Source of the DNA: Micrococcales bacterium
GTDB taxonomy: Bacteria > Actinomycetota > Actinomycetes > Actinomycetales > Microbacteriaceae
Direction: 5' to 3'
Assembly (NCBI GenBank): GCA_041303805.1
Contig: JBFYOM010000001.1
Coordinates: 1 to 61,453, forward strand
DNA length: 61,453 bases
The notes under the pieces were generated by a model. It saw only the letters and a list, made by a program, of their open reading frames with translations, searched no databases and had not been told where the DNA came from. The translations under genes and the position numbers were made by a program. This document shows positions 18,875-29,558 of this stretch, piece by piece (position 1 is the stretch's first letter; each line of letters starts with the position of its first letter).

Positions 18875-19603
18875 GTGGGCAATCGCGCCGATGGTCGTAG
18901 CAACGACGAACTAAGAGAAGTGACTGTTCACCGAGGTTGGAGCGACCACGCTGAGGGAAGTGCGCTCATCTCCTTTGGTGGAACCAAGGTTTTGTGCACG
19001 GCTTCGTTTACCGCGGGTGTGCCGCGTTGGAAAGTTGGCAAAGGGGAGGGTTGGGTTACCGCCGAGTATTCGATGTTGCCGCGGGCAACCCACACACGTT
19101 CCGATCGTGAAGCAGTTAAAGGAAAAATTGGTGGACGCACCCACGAAATTTCTAGGCTCATTGGCAGAAGTTTGCGCGCCATCGTGGATGTTAAGGCGCT
19201 AGGAGAGAACACCATCGTCATCGACTGCGACGTCCTCCAGGCCGACGGAGGAACTAGAACCGCCAGTATCACCGGTGCCTACATTGCCTTGGTCGACGCG
19301 ATCAACTGGGGTAAGAAGCATGGCCACATTCCGGCTAAATCCAACCCGCTGATTGACAGTGTTGCCGCTATCTCGGTTGGCATTATCGACGGCGAGCCTC
19401 AACTGGATCTCGCCTACGTGGAGGACGTCCGGGCGGAAACCGACATGAACGTCGTGGTTACCGGAATCGGCAAATTTGTTGAAGTGCAGGGGACCGCTGA
19501 AGGCGTCCCGTTTGATCGTGATGAATTGAATCGTTTGCTCGACCTTGCAGTCAAGGGCTGCGCAGACCTCACCAAGATTCAGGCAGAGGCACTCGCCAAG
19601 TGA
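18875..19603 (+). CDS. rph: Ribonuclease PH
   Basis: [45 protein letters not shown]. Confidence 0.96.
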   Translation: MGNRADGRSNDELREVTVHRGWSDHAEGSALISFGGTKVLCTASFTAGVPRWKVGKGEGWVTAEYSMLPRATHTRSDREAVKGKIGGRTHEISRLIGRSLRAIVDVKALGENTIVIDCDVLQADGGTRTASITGAYIALVDAINWGKKHGHIPAKSNPLIDSVAAISVGIIDGEPQLDLAYVEDVRAETDMNVVVTGIGKFVEVQGTAEGVPFDRDELNRLLDLAVKGCADLTKIQAEALAK

Positions 19604-20172
19604 AGCTGGTTCTAGCCACTCATAATTCTGGGAAGCTGGCTGAAATTCGAGCCATTCTGGAGCCAGCCGTGGGAGGTTTGGAACTGATTGGCTACGACGG
19701 CCCGGAGCCGATCGAAGACGGGGTCAGCTACCTGGAGAACGCTCTAATAAAAGCCCGAGCAGCCAACAGGTACACCGGCCTCCCAGCTATCGCTGATGAT
19801 TCAGGTCTTGCCGTTGAAATCCTTGGCGGTTCACCAGGCATCTTCTCGGCACGCTGGGCGGGTGGTCGCGATAACGTGGCAAACCGCCAACTCTTGCTCG
19901 CTCAACTTGGCGATGTGAAGCGTGAACACCGTGGCGCTGCTTTCGTGTGCACGATTGCTCTGGTTGACGGCGAGGACGAAATCTCGTTCACGGGCTATTG
20001 GTCGGGTGCCATCGCAAGCGAGGAGCGAGGCACCAACGGTCACGGCTACGATCCGGTCTTTATTCCAGAAGGATTTGAAGTGACAGCAGCCGAACTTGAG
20101 CCAGAAATTAAGAACGCGCTCAGTCATAGGGCAGAGGCACTGAGCCAGCTGATTGCCTACCTAAACGCTTAG
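19600..20172 (+). CDS. rdgB: Non-canonical purine NTP pyrophosphatase (HAM1)
   Basis: ATHNSGK, ADDSGL, PGIFSAR, GYDPVF, SHR. Confidence 0.95.
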   Translation: MKLVLATHNSGKLAEIRAILEPAVGGLELIGYDGPEPIEDGVSYLENALIKARAANRYTGLPAIADDSGLAVEILGGSPGIFSARWAGGRDNVANRQLLLAQLGDVKREHRGAAFVCTIALVDGEDEISFTGYWSGAIASEERGTNGHGYDPVFIPEGFEVTAAELEPEIKNALSHRAEALSQLIAYLNA

Positions 20173-20271
20173 CCGAAACCGGAACGAACGTTCTTATTTT
20201 AGGTATGAAGTGCGCGAGTCTAGGCAAAGATTAGTAATTCTCGGTTCAAGAAATGAAATGGTTCAGAGATG

Positions 20272-20343
20272 CGCCCCTAGTAGGATTCGAACCTACGCTT
20301 TCGCCTCCGGAGGGCGACACTCTATCCCCTGAGCTATAGGGGC
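20272..20343 (-). tRNA. tRNA-Arg (CCG)
   Basis: Reverse complement GCCCCTATAGCTCAGGGGATAGAG..TCGCC-CT-CCG-GA-GGCGA..GGTTCGAATCC..TAGGGGCG; divergent from argS. Confidence 0.95.
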
Positions 20344-20423
20344 TAGGGTGCTTCCAGACTAACAGCCAAGACCCCTTTGGTATGCTTGAACGAAACCCTG
20401 TTTGTTCACGTCTCGAGGCCAAA

Positions 20424-22082
20424 ATGACCCCAGAAGCGCTTTCTGTCGCGTTGGTGAACATCCTGTCCCGATTGCAAACCGAGGGTCTTATCGGTGCCGG
20501 GGAACTTCCTTCCGAAGTTGTTGTTGAACGTCCAAAAAATCGCGATCATGGAGATTGGGCCACTAACCTGGCTCTGCAATTTGCCGGAAATTTTGGTATG
20601 AAGCCGCGCGAGTTAGCAGAGAAGGTTGCTGAATTTCTTGCCCCGCTCGACGGAATTGCAAAAGTAGATATTGCGGGTCCTGGATTTATCAACGTAACCA
20701 TTAGCGCGAGTGCAGCCGGCGAACTGGCTAAAACTCTGGTTGAACTCGGTAATGATTACGGCAAGGGTCAATTACTTCAGGGGCAGAAGCTAAACCTTGA
20801 GTTCGTATCCGCAAACCCAACCGGACCGATTCACCTCGGCGGAACCAGGTGGGCAGCCGTTGGCGATTCGCTGGCTCGTATCTTGCAGTCACAGGGTGCT
20901 GAAGTGACAAGAGAGTATTACTTCAATGACCACGGTGCGCAAATTGATCGATTTGCTCGTTCATTACTCGCAAGCGCTCGCGGTGAAGAGACTCCAGAAG
21001 ATGGCTACGCCGGTGCCTACATCGAACAAATTGCCAAGCAGGTTCTAGATGGAACAGCAGTTGACATTCTCGGTCTTCCTGAAGACCAGGCCCAGGAAGC
21101 CTTCCGCGCCGCGGGTGTGGAGCTAATGTTCCAAGAGATTCGCCAATCCCTGCACGAATTTGGCGTTGACTTCGACGTCTACTTCCACGAGAACTCGGTC
21201 TATGAGTCTGGCGCTGTGGACCGCGCAATTGAGAGACTAAAACTCGCTGGCCACATGTTTGAGCAGGATGGCGCACTTTGGCTTCGCACCACCACCTACG
21301 GGGATGACCGCGATCGCGTTGTGCTGAAGAGTGACGGTGAGGCTGCTTACATTGCTGGTGACTTGGCCTATTACCTAGACAAGCGTTCACGAGGTTTCGA
21401 TCGTTGCATTTACATGCTCGGTGCCGACCACCACGGTTATGTCCCCCGAATGATGGCTATGTGCGCTGCGTTCGGAGACGAACCAGGGGTGAACCTTGAG
21501 ATCTTGATCGGTCAGATGGTCAACCTTGTGCGCGACGGTGAACCGGTGAGAATGTCAAAGCGTGCAGGAACAGTCGTAACCCTCGAAGATTTGGTTGAGC
21601 TGGTTGGTGTAGACGCTGCTCGTTACGCACTGGTTCGCTCGAGCATCAACTCTTCCCTCGACGTGGACCTTGCGGTTCTCGAAAAGAAGACCAATGACAA
21701 TCCAGTGTTTTATGTTCAGTACGCTCACGCACGCACCCGTCAGGTAGCCGTCAACGCGGAATCGCTCGGGGTCGAGCGCACCGAGTTTGTTCCGGAGCTG
21801 TTGGAACACCCAGCCGAAGGTGAACTGCTGGCCAAATTAACCCAGTACCCGAGCGTTCTCGCTCACGCGGCCGAGGAGCGTTCGCCACACCGAGTGGCTC
21901 GCTACCTCGAAGAAGTTGCTGGCTCGTATCACCGCTGGTACGACAACTGCAGAGTTACACCGATTGCCGGTGGCGAAGTTGAATCGATTCACCGCACACG
22001 CCTCTGGTTGAACGAAGCCACCTCGATTGTGTTGAGAAACGGCCTTGAGATTCTCGGCGTAAGCGCCCCGGAGCGCATGTAG
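20424..22082 (+). CDS. argS: Arginine--tRNA ligase
   Basis: [36 protein letters not shown]-terminal APERM; start at MTPE. Confidence 0.96.
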   Translation: MTPEALSVALVNILSRLQTEGLIGAGELPSEVVVERPKNRDHGDWATNLALQFAGNFGMKPRELAEKVAEFLAPLDGIAKVDIAGPGFINVTISASAAGELAKTLVELGNDYGKGQLLQGQKLNLEFVSANPTGPIHLGGTRWAAVGDSLARILQSQGAEVTREYYFNDHGAQIDRFARSLLASARGEETPEDGYAGAYIEQIAKQVLDGTAVDILGLPEDQAQEAFRAAGVELMFQEIRQSLHEFGVDFDVYFHENSVYESGAVDRAIERLKLAGHMFEQDGALWLRTTTYGDDRDRVVLKSDGEAAYIAGDLAYYLDKRSRGFDRCIYMLGADHHGYVPRMMAMCAAFGDEPGVNLEILIGQMVNLVRDGEPVRMSKRAGTVVTLEDLVELVGVDAARYALVRSSINSSLDVDLAVLEKKTNDNPVFYVQYAHARTRQVAVNAESLGVERTEFVPELLEHPAEGELLAKLTQYPSVLAHAAEERSPHRVARYLEEVAGSYHRWYDNCRVTPIAGGEVESIHRTRLWLNEATSIVLRNGLEILGVSAPERM

Positions 22083-23479
22083 TGAAAAACGAAGAATTAA
22101 AACCTCAATGGCTCGACGCGCCTGTCGACAACAACGTGCTGACCCACGGTATTTGGCCGGAATCCGCCAAGCGCGATTCTGATGGGGAGGTTTCGTTTGG
22201 TGGCGTTCCGGTCAGCGACCTAACGTCCCAGTTCGGCACGCCTGTATATGTGATTGACCAAGCTGAATTTGAACTAAATGCTTCGGCAACCAAGAATGCA
22301 TTGCATGCGGCAGCCAATGCGATCGGTACCGAGGCAACTGTCTACTACGCCGGCAAGGCTTTCCTATGCACCGAGGTTGTGCGATGGGTTGACAAACTAG
22401 GGCTAAATGTTGACGTAGCCAGTGGTGGTGAGCTGGCAATTGCGCTCGCGGCCGGCATCGACCCAAAGCGAATTGGTTTGCACGGCAACAATAAGTCAGC
22501 CGCCGAAATTGGAAGGGCAGTATCTGCTGGGGTAGGCGCCATCGTCATCGATAGCGAAATCGAAATCGAACGAATTGCTGCTACCGCAGGAGCCCAAGGA
22601 CGCGTTCAACCAGTGCGTTTGCGAGTCAACACCGGGGTGCACGCGGATACGCACGAGTTTCTGGCCACCGCTCGCGAGGATCAAAAGTTCGGTATCGCAA
22701 TAGAAGATGTCCCAGCTCTAGTTGAGCGAATCAGAAGTCTCTATCACCTTGATTTCTTAGGGCTCCACTCGCACATTGGTTCACAGATTTTCGAAACCAG
22801 CGGCTTTGCTGAGGCGTCCCGTCGTTTGATCAAGCTTCACGCGTCATTGTTGGTAGGTGGGGCTGTTCCCGAGCTAAACCTCGGCGGCGGCTTCGGAATC
22901 AACTACAACGTTGGGGATAACGCTCCAAGTATTTCCAAAATGGCAACTGAAATAGTTGATGTCATCGCTCTGGCTTGTCGCGAAGAAGGCATCGAGGTTC
23001 CGAAGCTTGCATTCGAACCAGGACGAGCCATCGTAGGTCGAGCCGGCGTGACACTGTATTCGGTAGGGACTATCAAGGACGTAAAACTCAGCGACGGCAA
23101 TGTTCGCAAATACGTGTCGGTGGATGGCGGCATGAGTGACAACGCCAGACCAGCGCTCTATCAGGCAGAGTATTCGGCAAGGTTGGTCTCTAGATCGTCC
23201 TCAGAAAACCCGGCTCTGGTTCGAGTCGTCGGGAAGCACTGTGAGAGCGGTGACATCGTAGTTCGTCACGATTATCTCCCTAGCGACTTGGCCAATGGTG
23301 ACACGCTCGCGGTCGCTGCAACCGGAGCCTATTGCTTCTCGCTGGCAAGTAATTACAACTTTTTGGCCCGCCCGCCAGTTGTGGCAGTGGCCGAAGGTAA
23401 GGCACGATTGATAGTGCGCGGCGAAACTGAATCAGACATTCTGACTCGGGATGTCGGCATCGCAAAGGAATCACAGTGA
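22082..23479 (+). CDS. lysA: Diaminopimelate decarboxylase
   Basis: YYAGKAF, HSHIGSQI, EPGRAI, HCESGD, TGAY. Confidence 0.95.
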   Translation: MKNEELKPQWLDAPVDNNVLTHGIWPESAKRDSDGEVSFGGVPVSDLTSQFGTPVYVIDQAEFELNASATKNALHAAANAIGTEATVYYAGKAFLCTEVVRWVDKLGLNVDVASGGELAIALAAGIDPKRIGLHGNNKSAAEIGRAVSAGVGAIVIDSEIEIERIAATAGAQGRVQPVRLRVNTGVHADTHEFLATAREDQKFGIAIEDVPALVERIRSLYHLDFLGLHSHIGSQIFETSGFAEASRRLIKLHASLLVGGAVPELNLGGGFGINYNVGDNAPSISKMATEIVDVIALACREEGIEVPKLAFEPGRAIVGRAGVTLYSVGTIKDVKLSDGNVRKYVSVDGGMSDNARPALYQAEYSARLVSRSSSENPALVRVVGKHCESGDIVVRHDYLPSDLANGDTLAVAATGAYCFSLASNYNFLARPPVVAVAEGKARLIVRGETESDILTRDVGIAKESQ

Positions 23480-24789
23480 TTGAATATCGTCCGCTAAGGA
23501 TTGCGTTACTTGGAGCTGGCACCGTCGGTGGTCAGGTCGCCCGCCTACTTCTCGAGAACAAGTCTGAACTCGCTGCCCGTGTTGGCGCTGAACTTGAACT
23601 AATCGGTGTTGCAGTTCGCGATATCAACGGCAAACGCGAGAAGTCCATCCCTGCGGAATTACTAACAACCGACGCCAAATCTCTCATCATGACCGCCGAC
23701 ATCGTCATCGAGGTCATGGGCGGCATTGAACCGGCCAGAACTCTGATTCGGGAGGCACTTTTAGCTGGCGCCGATGTGATTACCGCGAACAAAGCGCTTC
23801 TGGCTGCTCACTCCAGTGAACTATTTGAAGTGGCCGAACAGGTTGGCGCTCAGCTTTACTACGAGGCTGCCGTGGCCGCCGCGATTCCAATCATCCGCCC
23901 GCTTAGAGAATCTCTTGCCGGCGACAAGGTCACGCGAATCATGGGAATCGTCAATGGTTCGACCAACTACATCCTCGACCGAATGGATACCGACGGCTTG
24001 TCCCTGGAAGCGGCAATGGTCGAAGCCACCGACCTTGGTTATTTGGAAGCAGATCCCAAGCTCGACGTTGAAGGCTACGACGCAGCGCAGAAAGTTGCGA
24101 TTTTGGCTTCGCTGGCTTTCCACACCGAGGTTGAACTAGACAAGGTTCACCGTGAGGGAATCACCGAAATCACTCCTGAGCAAATTGCCAGCGCTCGTGA
24201 GAACGGCTACGTCATTAAGTTGCTCGCTGTTTGCGAAAAGATCGAAGCCGACGAACAGGGTGAAGCCGGAGTTTCCGCGCGAGTTTATCCGGCGCTGATT
24301 CCAAGAGAACATCCACTCGCTTCGGTGCGCAAAGCTTTCAACGCAGTCTTCGTTGAGGCCGAGGCTGCCGGCGCTCTGATGTTCTACGGAGCCGGAGCCG
24401 GAGGCGCTCAGACTGCATCGGCCGTTCTTGGTGACCTCGTGTCCGCAGCCAAGCGCCACGTGATTGGCGGTCCTGGACTTGCCGACTCAGCTCACGCTGA
24501 CTTACCAACCTTGCCGATTTCTAGAATTACGACCAGTTACCAAATCGCACTCGAGGTTAAGGACCAGCCTGGGGTCTTGGCTGAGGTCGCCAACATTTTC
24601 GCCAATCACGGCGTTTCCGTGGAGACCGTTGAGCAGTCAATCGCCACCACGCGGCAGAACCCAACGGCACAACTGCTGATTGGCACCCACGATGCAAAAG
24701 ACTCTGCTCTGACCGCTGTTGTTCAGGCGCTATCGGCCTCGAATGCGGTCGATTCCATAACCTCAGTTATTCGAGTGGAAGGCAACTAA
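23476..24789 (+). CDS. hom: Homoserine dehydrogenase with C-terminal ACT domain
   Basis: LLGAGTVG, TANKA, GIVNGSTNYIL, DVEGYDAAQK, DQPGVLA. Confidence 0.95.
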   Translation: MIEYRPLRIALLGAGTVGGQVARLLLENKSELAARVGAELELIGVAVRDINGKREKSIPAELLTTDAKSLIMTADIVIEVMGGIEPARTLIREALLAGADVITANKALLAAHSSELFEVAEQVGAQLYYEAAVAAAIPIIRPLRESLAGDKVTRIMGIVNGSTNYILDRMDTDGLSLEAAMVEATDLGYLEADPKLDVEGYDAAQKVAILASLAFHTEVELDKVHREGITEITPEQIASARENGYVIKLLAVCEKIEADEQGEAGVSARVYPALIPREHPLASVRKAFNAVFVEAEAAGALMFYGAGAGGAQTASAVLGDLVSAAKRHVIGGPGLADSAHADLPTLPISRITTSYQIALEVKDQPGVLAEVANIFANHGVSVETVEQSIATTRQNPTAQLLIGTHDAKDSALTAVVQALSASNAVDSITSVIRVEGN

Positions 24790-25862
24790 TGGCACACCAG
24801 TGGCGCGGAGTTATCCGTGAGTATTTCGACCGACTAGACGTAGATTCTTCGACCCCAATCATCACCCTTGGTGAAGGTGGAACCCCGCTCGTTCCAGCGC
24901 CAGCGCTGGCTAAATTGGTTGGCGCCGAAGAGGTATACCTAAAGGTCGAAGGCATGAACCCAACCGGTTCGTTCAAAGACCGAGGTATGACCATGGCTGT
25001 CTCGAAGGCGGTTGGCCACGGAGCCAAGGCAGTTATTTGTGCTTCAACCGGCAACACTTCCGCCTCGGCAGCTGCCTACGCTGCCGCCGCCGGAATTGCC
25101 TCGGTCGTACTAATCCCTAAGGGAAAGATCTCACTTGGCAAGCTGGCACAGGCCGTTGCCCACAAGGCTCAAATTCTTCAGGTCAAGGGAAACTTCGACG
25201 ACTGCCTCGATCTTGCTCGCTCGCTTTCTGAAAACTACCCGGTTCACCTGGTTAACTCGGTAAACCCCGATCGCATCGAGGGTCAGAAGACCGGAGCCTT
25301 TGAAGTATTTGAATCGCTCGATCGCGCTCCAGACATTCACGTTCTTCCAGTTGGCAATGCCGGTAACTACTCTGCTTATTTCAAGGGTTACACCGAAGAT
25401 ATGCAGGCCGGTCGTTTCAAGAAGGTTCCTGAGATGTGGGGCTTCCAAGCCGATGGTTCGGCTCCTTTCGTTTACGGCACTCCGGTTAAGAACCCGGACA
25501 CCATCGCCACCGCAATTCGGATTGGAAACCCAGCGTCTTACGACCTAGCCGTCAAGGCTCGCGAAGCTTCCAACGGGCGAATCGGATCGGTCACCGATGC
25601 TGAGATCCTTTGGATGCACCGATTCCTCTCCAACGAGGTCGGGGTTTTCGTTGAACCTTCTTCTGCTACCGGAGCGGCCGGTTTACTTAAGGCAGCCCGC
25701 GCCGGCGACAACCTTGCTGGCAAAACCATCGTGGTTACTGTCACTGGCAACGGCCTCAAGGACGTCAGCTGGGCACTCAAGGACGAACGCGGTCGCGCCA
25801 TCAAACCAAAGGTCGTTTCGAAGCGCGCCGAAGAAGTCGCCGAACGTTTGGGTCTTGCCTAA
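24789..25862 (+). CDS. thrC: Threonine synthase
   Basis: NPTGSFKDRG, CASTGNTSAS, PVGNAGN, TGNGLKD. Confidence 0.96.
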   Translation: MAHQWRGVIREYFDRLDVDSSTPIITLGEGGTPLVPAPALAKLVGAEEVYLKVEGMNPTGSFKDRGMTMAVSKAVGHGAKAVICASTGNTSASAAAYAAAAGIASVVLIPKGKISLGKLAQAVAHKAQILQVKGNFDDCLDLARSLSENYPVHLVNSVNPDRIEGQKTGAFEVFESLDRAPDIHVLPVGNAGNYSAYFKGYTEDMQAGRFKKVPEMWGFQADGSAPFVYGTPVKNPDTIATAIRIGNPASYDLAVKAREASNGRIGSVTDAEILWMHRFLSNEVGVFVEPSSATGAAGLLKAARAGDNLAGKTIVVTVTGNGLKDVSWALKDERGRAIKPKVVSKRAEEVAERLGLA

Positions 25863-25864
25863 TA

Positions 25865-26785
25865 ATGAGTGAACTAATCGGTCGCAAAGTCTCGGTAAAG
25901 GTACCTGCCACATCGGCAAACCTTGGGCCTGGCTTCGACACGCTCGGTATGGCCCTGTCCTACTACGACGAGCTGGATGTCGAGGTCGTTTCCGGTAGCG
26001 GGGTCACAGTAGAGGTCACCGGCGAAGGCGCTGGAGAGGTTGCAACCGATGCATCAAACCTCATCGTTCGTTCGATCGCTCACGTTTTCGAGCAGGTCAA
26101 GCAACCTCTACCTGGTTTGAAACTAACGGCTCGCAATGTAATTCCGCACGGTCGCGGCATGGGTTCTTCCGGCGCAGCTGTAGTGTCCGGTGTCATGGCT
26201 GCCAAGGGTTTGCTCGCTGGCGTCGTTGAATTCACACCTGAGCAACTTTTGCAACTGGCGACCGATCTCGAAGGCCACCCCGACAATGTGGCTCCAGCTC
26301 TTTTCGGTGGTCTCACCATTGCTTGGGAAGACGACAACGGTCCACACCACAAGAAGCTGATCGTGCACCGCGGCGTGTCTCCGCTTGAGTTGATTCCTAA
26401 CTTCAAAATGTCCACCGCGATCGCCAGGGCTCTGCAGCCCGAGTCTGTTCCTCACGCCGATGCAGTCTTCAATGTGTCCAGATCCGCTCTTCTTGTTGCC
26501 GCGTTAACTCAGAGCCCCGAGCTTCTGATGGCAGCAACCGAAGATCGCCTTCACCAGGATTACCGTTCCGAGGCAATGCCCGAGGCTGGCGACGTAATCG
26601 AGTTGATGCGTAAAAACAACCACGCCGCAGTTGTTTCTGGTGCCGGACCGTCTGTGTTGGTTTTGGCCTCCGACCCAGCCGAACGCATGGACGCGGTCAG
26701 GTTAGCGGCGCAACACTATCCACAGTGGCGCGCCTTGGTGTTGGCAGTTGACTTCAAAGGTGCTACTGTTATCTCGCACCAGTAA
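25865..26785 (+). CDS. thrB: Homoserine kinase
   Basis: PATSANLGPGFD, PHGRGMGSS, EGHPDN, SGAGPS. Confidence 0.96.
   Translation: MSELIGRKVSVKVPATSANLGPGFDTLGMALSYYDELDVEVVSGSGVTVEVTGEGAGEVATDASNLIVRSIAHVFEQVKQPLPGLKLTARNVIPHGRGMGSSGAAVVSGVMAAKGLLAGVVEFTPEQLLQLATDLEGHPDNVAPALFGGLTIAWEDDNGPHHKKLIVHRGVSPLELIPNFKMSTAIARALQPESVPHADAVFNVSRSALLVAALTQSPELLMAATEDRLHQDYRSEAMPEAGDVIELMRKNNHAAVVSGAGPSVLVLASDPAERMDAVRLAAQHYPQWRALVLAVDFKGATVISHQ
26741..26769 (+). promoter_or_regulatory. Probable rho promoter inside the thrB 3' end (TTGGCA-N17-TACTGT, with TG extension)
   Basis: -35/-10 hexamers at 17-nt spacing, followed by a roughly 160-nt leader before the rho ATG. Confidence 0.5.
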
Positions 26786-26937
26786 TTTGGTGAGAAGCTC
26801 TAACGAAACATTTACTTAGAAGCTCCCACTGGTGAATCAACCGCTAATCAAGCGTTATGTGCACGCAAAGTTCGTGCCTAAGGTGACTAACCCGAAATCG
26901 AACCAGTCATCAAAATCTCAAGGAGAAATACAAACAC

Positions 26938-28482
26938 ATGGATGAAATCCAGCAAGACGCCCCGGTCACTAAAGGCCGCCGCGTAGTAGTAGACCCAGCC
27001 GTTTCCAGCGATTCCGCTTCAGCGGAAGGTTCAGCCCCGAAGCGCCGCACCCGAGTCTCAAAGCCAAAGACCGAAGGCGAGTCGGCTCCTGCCGAATCCC
27101 CTAAGTCTGAAGGTGCTTCAGAGAACCGTTCAGAGAAGCCTGAGGGTGGCGAGCGCCGCGAGGGAAACCGTGAAAACAATCGTGACCGCGGTGACCGAAA
27201 CGAGCAGGACGGTGACCGCAACGGCCGTAACAACCGCAACCGCAACCGTAACCGCGATCGTAACCGTAACCGAGGCCGTGGTGGCCGCGGTGGAGACTTC
27301 CAGGACGAGCAAGAGCCAGAAATCAGCGAAGATGATGTTCTGATCTCTGTTGCCGGAATCCTAGACGTCCTAGAGAACTATGCGTTCATCAGGACTTCGG
27401 GTTACTTGCCAGGCCCTAACGACGTTTACGTATCACTTGGTCAGGTTAAGAAGTACGGCCTACGCAAGGGAGACGCCGTTGTTGGAGCAATCCGTCAGCC
27501 ACGCGAAGGTGAAGGCCAGGGCCGTCAGAAGTTCAACGCTGTCGTTCGCATCGACTCCGTCAACGGTCAGACCGTTGCCGAGGCGCAGGAACGCGTTGAC
27601 TTTGGCAAGCTAACGCCGCTTTACCCACAGACCCGTTTGCGTCTAGAGACCGAAGCATCGAAGTTAAACACTCGAATCATCGACCTAGTGGCTCCGATTG
27701 GTAAGGGTCAGCGTGGTCTGATCGTTTCACCTCCGAAGGCTGGAAAGACCCTGGTTCTTCAGGCAATCGCAAACTCGATCGCGGTAAACAACCCTGAGGT
27801 GCACCTGATGGTTGTGCTAGTCGACGAGCGCCCAGAAGAAGTGACCGACATGCAGCGCACCGTCAAGGGTGAAGTTATCGCTTCTACCTTCGACCGCCCT
27901 GCCGAAGACCACACCACCGTTGCCGAACTAGCAATCGAGCGCGCCAAGCGTTTGGTTGAACTAGGTCACGACGTCGTGGTTTTGCTTGACTCGATCACCC
28001 GTTTGGGTCGCGCCTACAACCTGAGTGCACCTGCCTCGGGCCGCATTCTTTCCGGTGGTGTCGACAGCTCGGCTCTCTACCCACCAAAGCGCTTCTTCGG
28101 TGCTGCTCGCAACATCGAGGACGGCGGTTCGCTAACCATCCTTGCCACCGCGCTGGTTGAAACCGGTTCGAAGATGGACGAGGTTATCTTCGAAGAGTTC
28201 AAGGGAACTGGAAACATGGAGCTTCGCCTGTCGCGTCAGCTAGCCGACAAGCGAATCTTCCCAGCCGTCGACGTAAACGCTTCGGGCACCCGTCGCGAAG
28301 AGATGCTGATGAACCCAGACGAAACCAAGATCATCTGGAAGCTTCGACGCGCACTTGCAGGTCTAGAGCAACAGCAGGCACTTGAACTAGTTCTCGGTCG
28401 CCTAAAGGAAACTCAGAGCAACGTTGAGTTCCTAATGCAGGTTCAGAAGTCAATGCCTGTTCCAACCTCTGACGGCGAATAA
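26938..28482 (+). CDS. rho: Transcription termination factor Rho (short, R/N-rich N-terminal insertion)
   Basis: GILDV..YAFIR RNA-binding domain, [28 protein letters not shown]. Confidence 0.96.
   Translation: MDEIQQDAPVTKGRRVVVDPAVSSDSASAEGSAPKRRTRVSKPKTEGESAPAESPKSEGASENRSEKPEGGERREGNRENNRDRGDRNEQDGDRNGRNNRNRNRNRDRNRNRGRGGRGGDFQDEQEPEISEDDVLISVAGILDVLENYAFIRTSGYLPGPNDVYVSLGQVKKYGLRKGDAVVGAIRQPREGEGQGRQKFNAVVRIDSVNGQTVAEAQERVDFGKLTPLYPQTRLRLETEASKLNTRIIDLVAPIGKGQRGLIVSPPKAGKTLVLQAIANSIAVNNPEVHLMVVLVDERPEEVTDMQRTVKGEVIASTFDRPAEDHTTVAELAIERAKRLVELGHDVVVLLDSITRLGRAYNLSAPASGRILSGGVDSSALYPPKRFFGAARNIEDGGSLTILATALVETGSKMDEVIFEEFKGTGNMELRLSRQLADKRIFPAVDVNASGTRREEMLMNPDETKIIWKLRRALAGLEQQQALELVLGRLKETQSNVEFLMQVQKSMPVPTSDGE
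27232..27273 (+). repeat. AACCGY-type hexamer repeat encoding Asn-Arg dipeptides in Rho
   Basis: aaccgc aaccgc aaccgt aaccgc gatcgt aaccgt aaccga. Confidence 0.8.
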
Positions 28483-29558
28483 TGCTCGATTCGGTAAAAC
28501 CTTTACTGGATGAACACCAGGCGCTTCAGGGGCAACTCTCTGACGCCTCGGTGCACGCCAATCCTGGTCTAGCCAAAAAGCTGAACCGCCGTTACGCGGA
28601 ACTCAGTGCGATCGTCAACGCTTTCAACACCGTGAACTCTCTAACCGAGGACCTAGTTGCTGCCAAAGAGTTAGCAAAAGAAGACGAGGCGTTTGCCGAG
28701 GAAGTAACTTCAAATGAAGAGAAGCTACACGACGCCAACGAGAAATTGCGTCGTCTGCTCATTCCTCGTGACCCAGACGACGGCCGCGATGTCATCATGG
28801 AAATCAAGGCTGGTGAAGGTGGTGCCGAGTCGGCACTGTTCGCCGCCGACCTGCTTCGCATGTACATCCAATACGCCAACTCCAAGGGTTGGAAGACCGA
28901 GATTCTAGACAAGAACGAATCCGACCTCGGGGGTATCAAAGATGTTCAGATGGCGGTCAAGTCTTCCTCAACCGATCCAAGCCAAGGCGTTTGGGCTCAC
29001 CTTAAGTACGAAGGTGGGGTTCACCGCGTTCAGCGAGTTCCAGCTACCGAGACGCAAGGTCGAATCCACACCTCTGCTGCCGGAGTGCTTTGCTTCCCAG
29101 AAGTAGATGAACCCGAAGAAGTTGAGATCAGCCAGAACGATTTGCGCATCGACGTTTATCGTTCATCGGGTCCTGGTGGGCAGTCGGTCAACACCACCGA
29201 CTCGGCAGTTCGAATAACTCACCTTCCAACCGGTATCACCGTGGCGATGCAGAACGAGAAGAGCCAACTGCAGAACCGCGAAGCGGCCATGCGCGTTCTT
29301 CGAGCCAGAATTTTGGCAGCTCAGCAGGAAGCGATTGAAGCCGAACTTTCGGCCGCCCGCAAATCACAGGTGAAGTCAGTAGACCGCTCCGAGCGCATCA
29401 GAACTTACAACTATCCGGAGAACCGCATTGCAGATCACCGCACCGGTTACAAGTCTTACAACTTGGATCAGGTTATGGATGGCGCTTTGGAGCCGGTTAT
29501 TCAGTCTGCAATTCAGGCCGATGAAGAGGCCCGTCTAGCAGCTCTGGGCGAGAAGTAA
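28482..29558 (+). CDS. prfA: Peptide chain release factor 1
   Basis: [11 protein letters not shown] (PxT motif), [16 protein letters not shown]. Confidence 0.97.
   Translation: MLDSVKPLLDEHQALQGQLSDASVHANPGLAKKLNRRYAELSAIVNAFNTVNSLTEDLVAAKELAKEDEAFAEEVTSNEEKLHDANEKLRRLLIPRDPDDGRDVIMEIKAGEGGAESALFAADLLRMYIQYANSKGWKTEILDKNESDLGGIKDVQMAVKSSSTDPSQGVWAHLKYEGGVHRVQRVPATETQGRIHTSAAGVLCFPEVDEPEEVEISQNDLRIDVYRSSGPGGQSVNTTDSAVRITHLPTGITVAMQNEKSQLQNREAAMRVLRARILAAQQEAIEAELSAARKSQVKSVDRSERIRTYNYPENRIADHRTGYKSYNLDQVMDGALEPVIQSAIQADEEARLAALGEK

Noticed and set aside
20210-20219. TGCGCGAGT resembling a tRNA-Leu end
   Set aside because: Only 8-9 nt match and no cloverleaf remnant is present.
14341-20343. 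Genomic island between the two tRNA genes
   Set aside because: No integrase, no duplicated tRNA 3' end, and the content is mostly housekeeping genes.
20344-20423. T-box or lysine riboswitch ahead of argS-lysA-hom-thrC-thrB
   Set aside because: The leader is too short; it has only a small TGAACGAA/TTTGTTCA hairpin and no riboswitch consensus.
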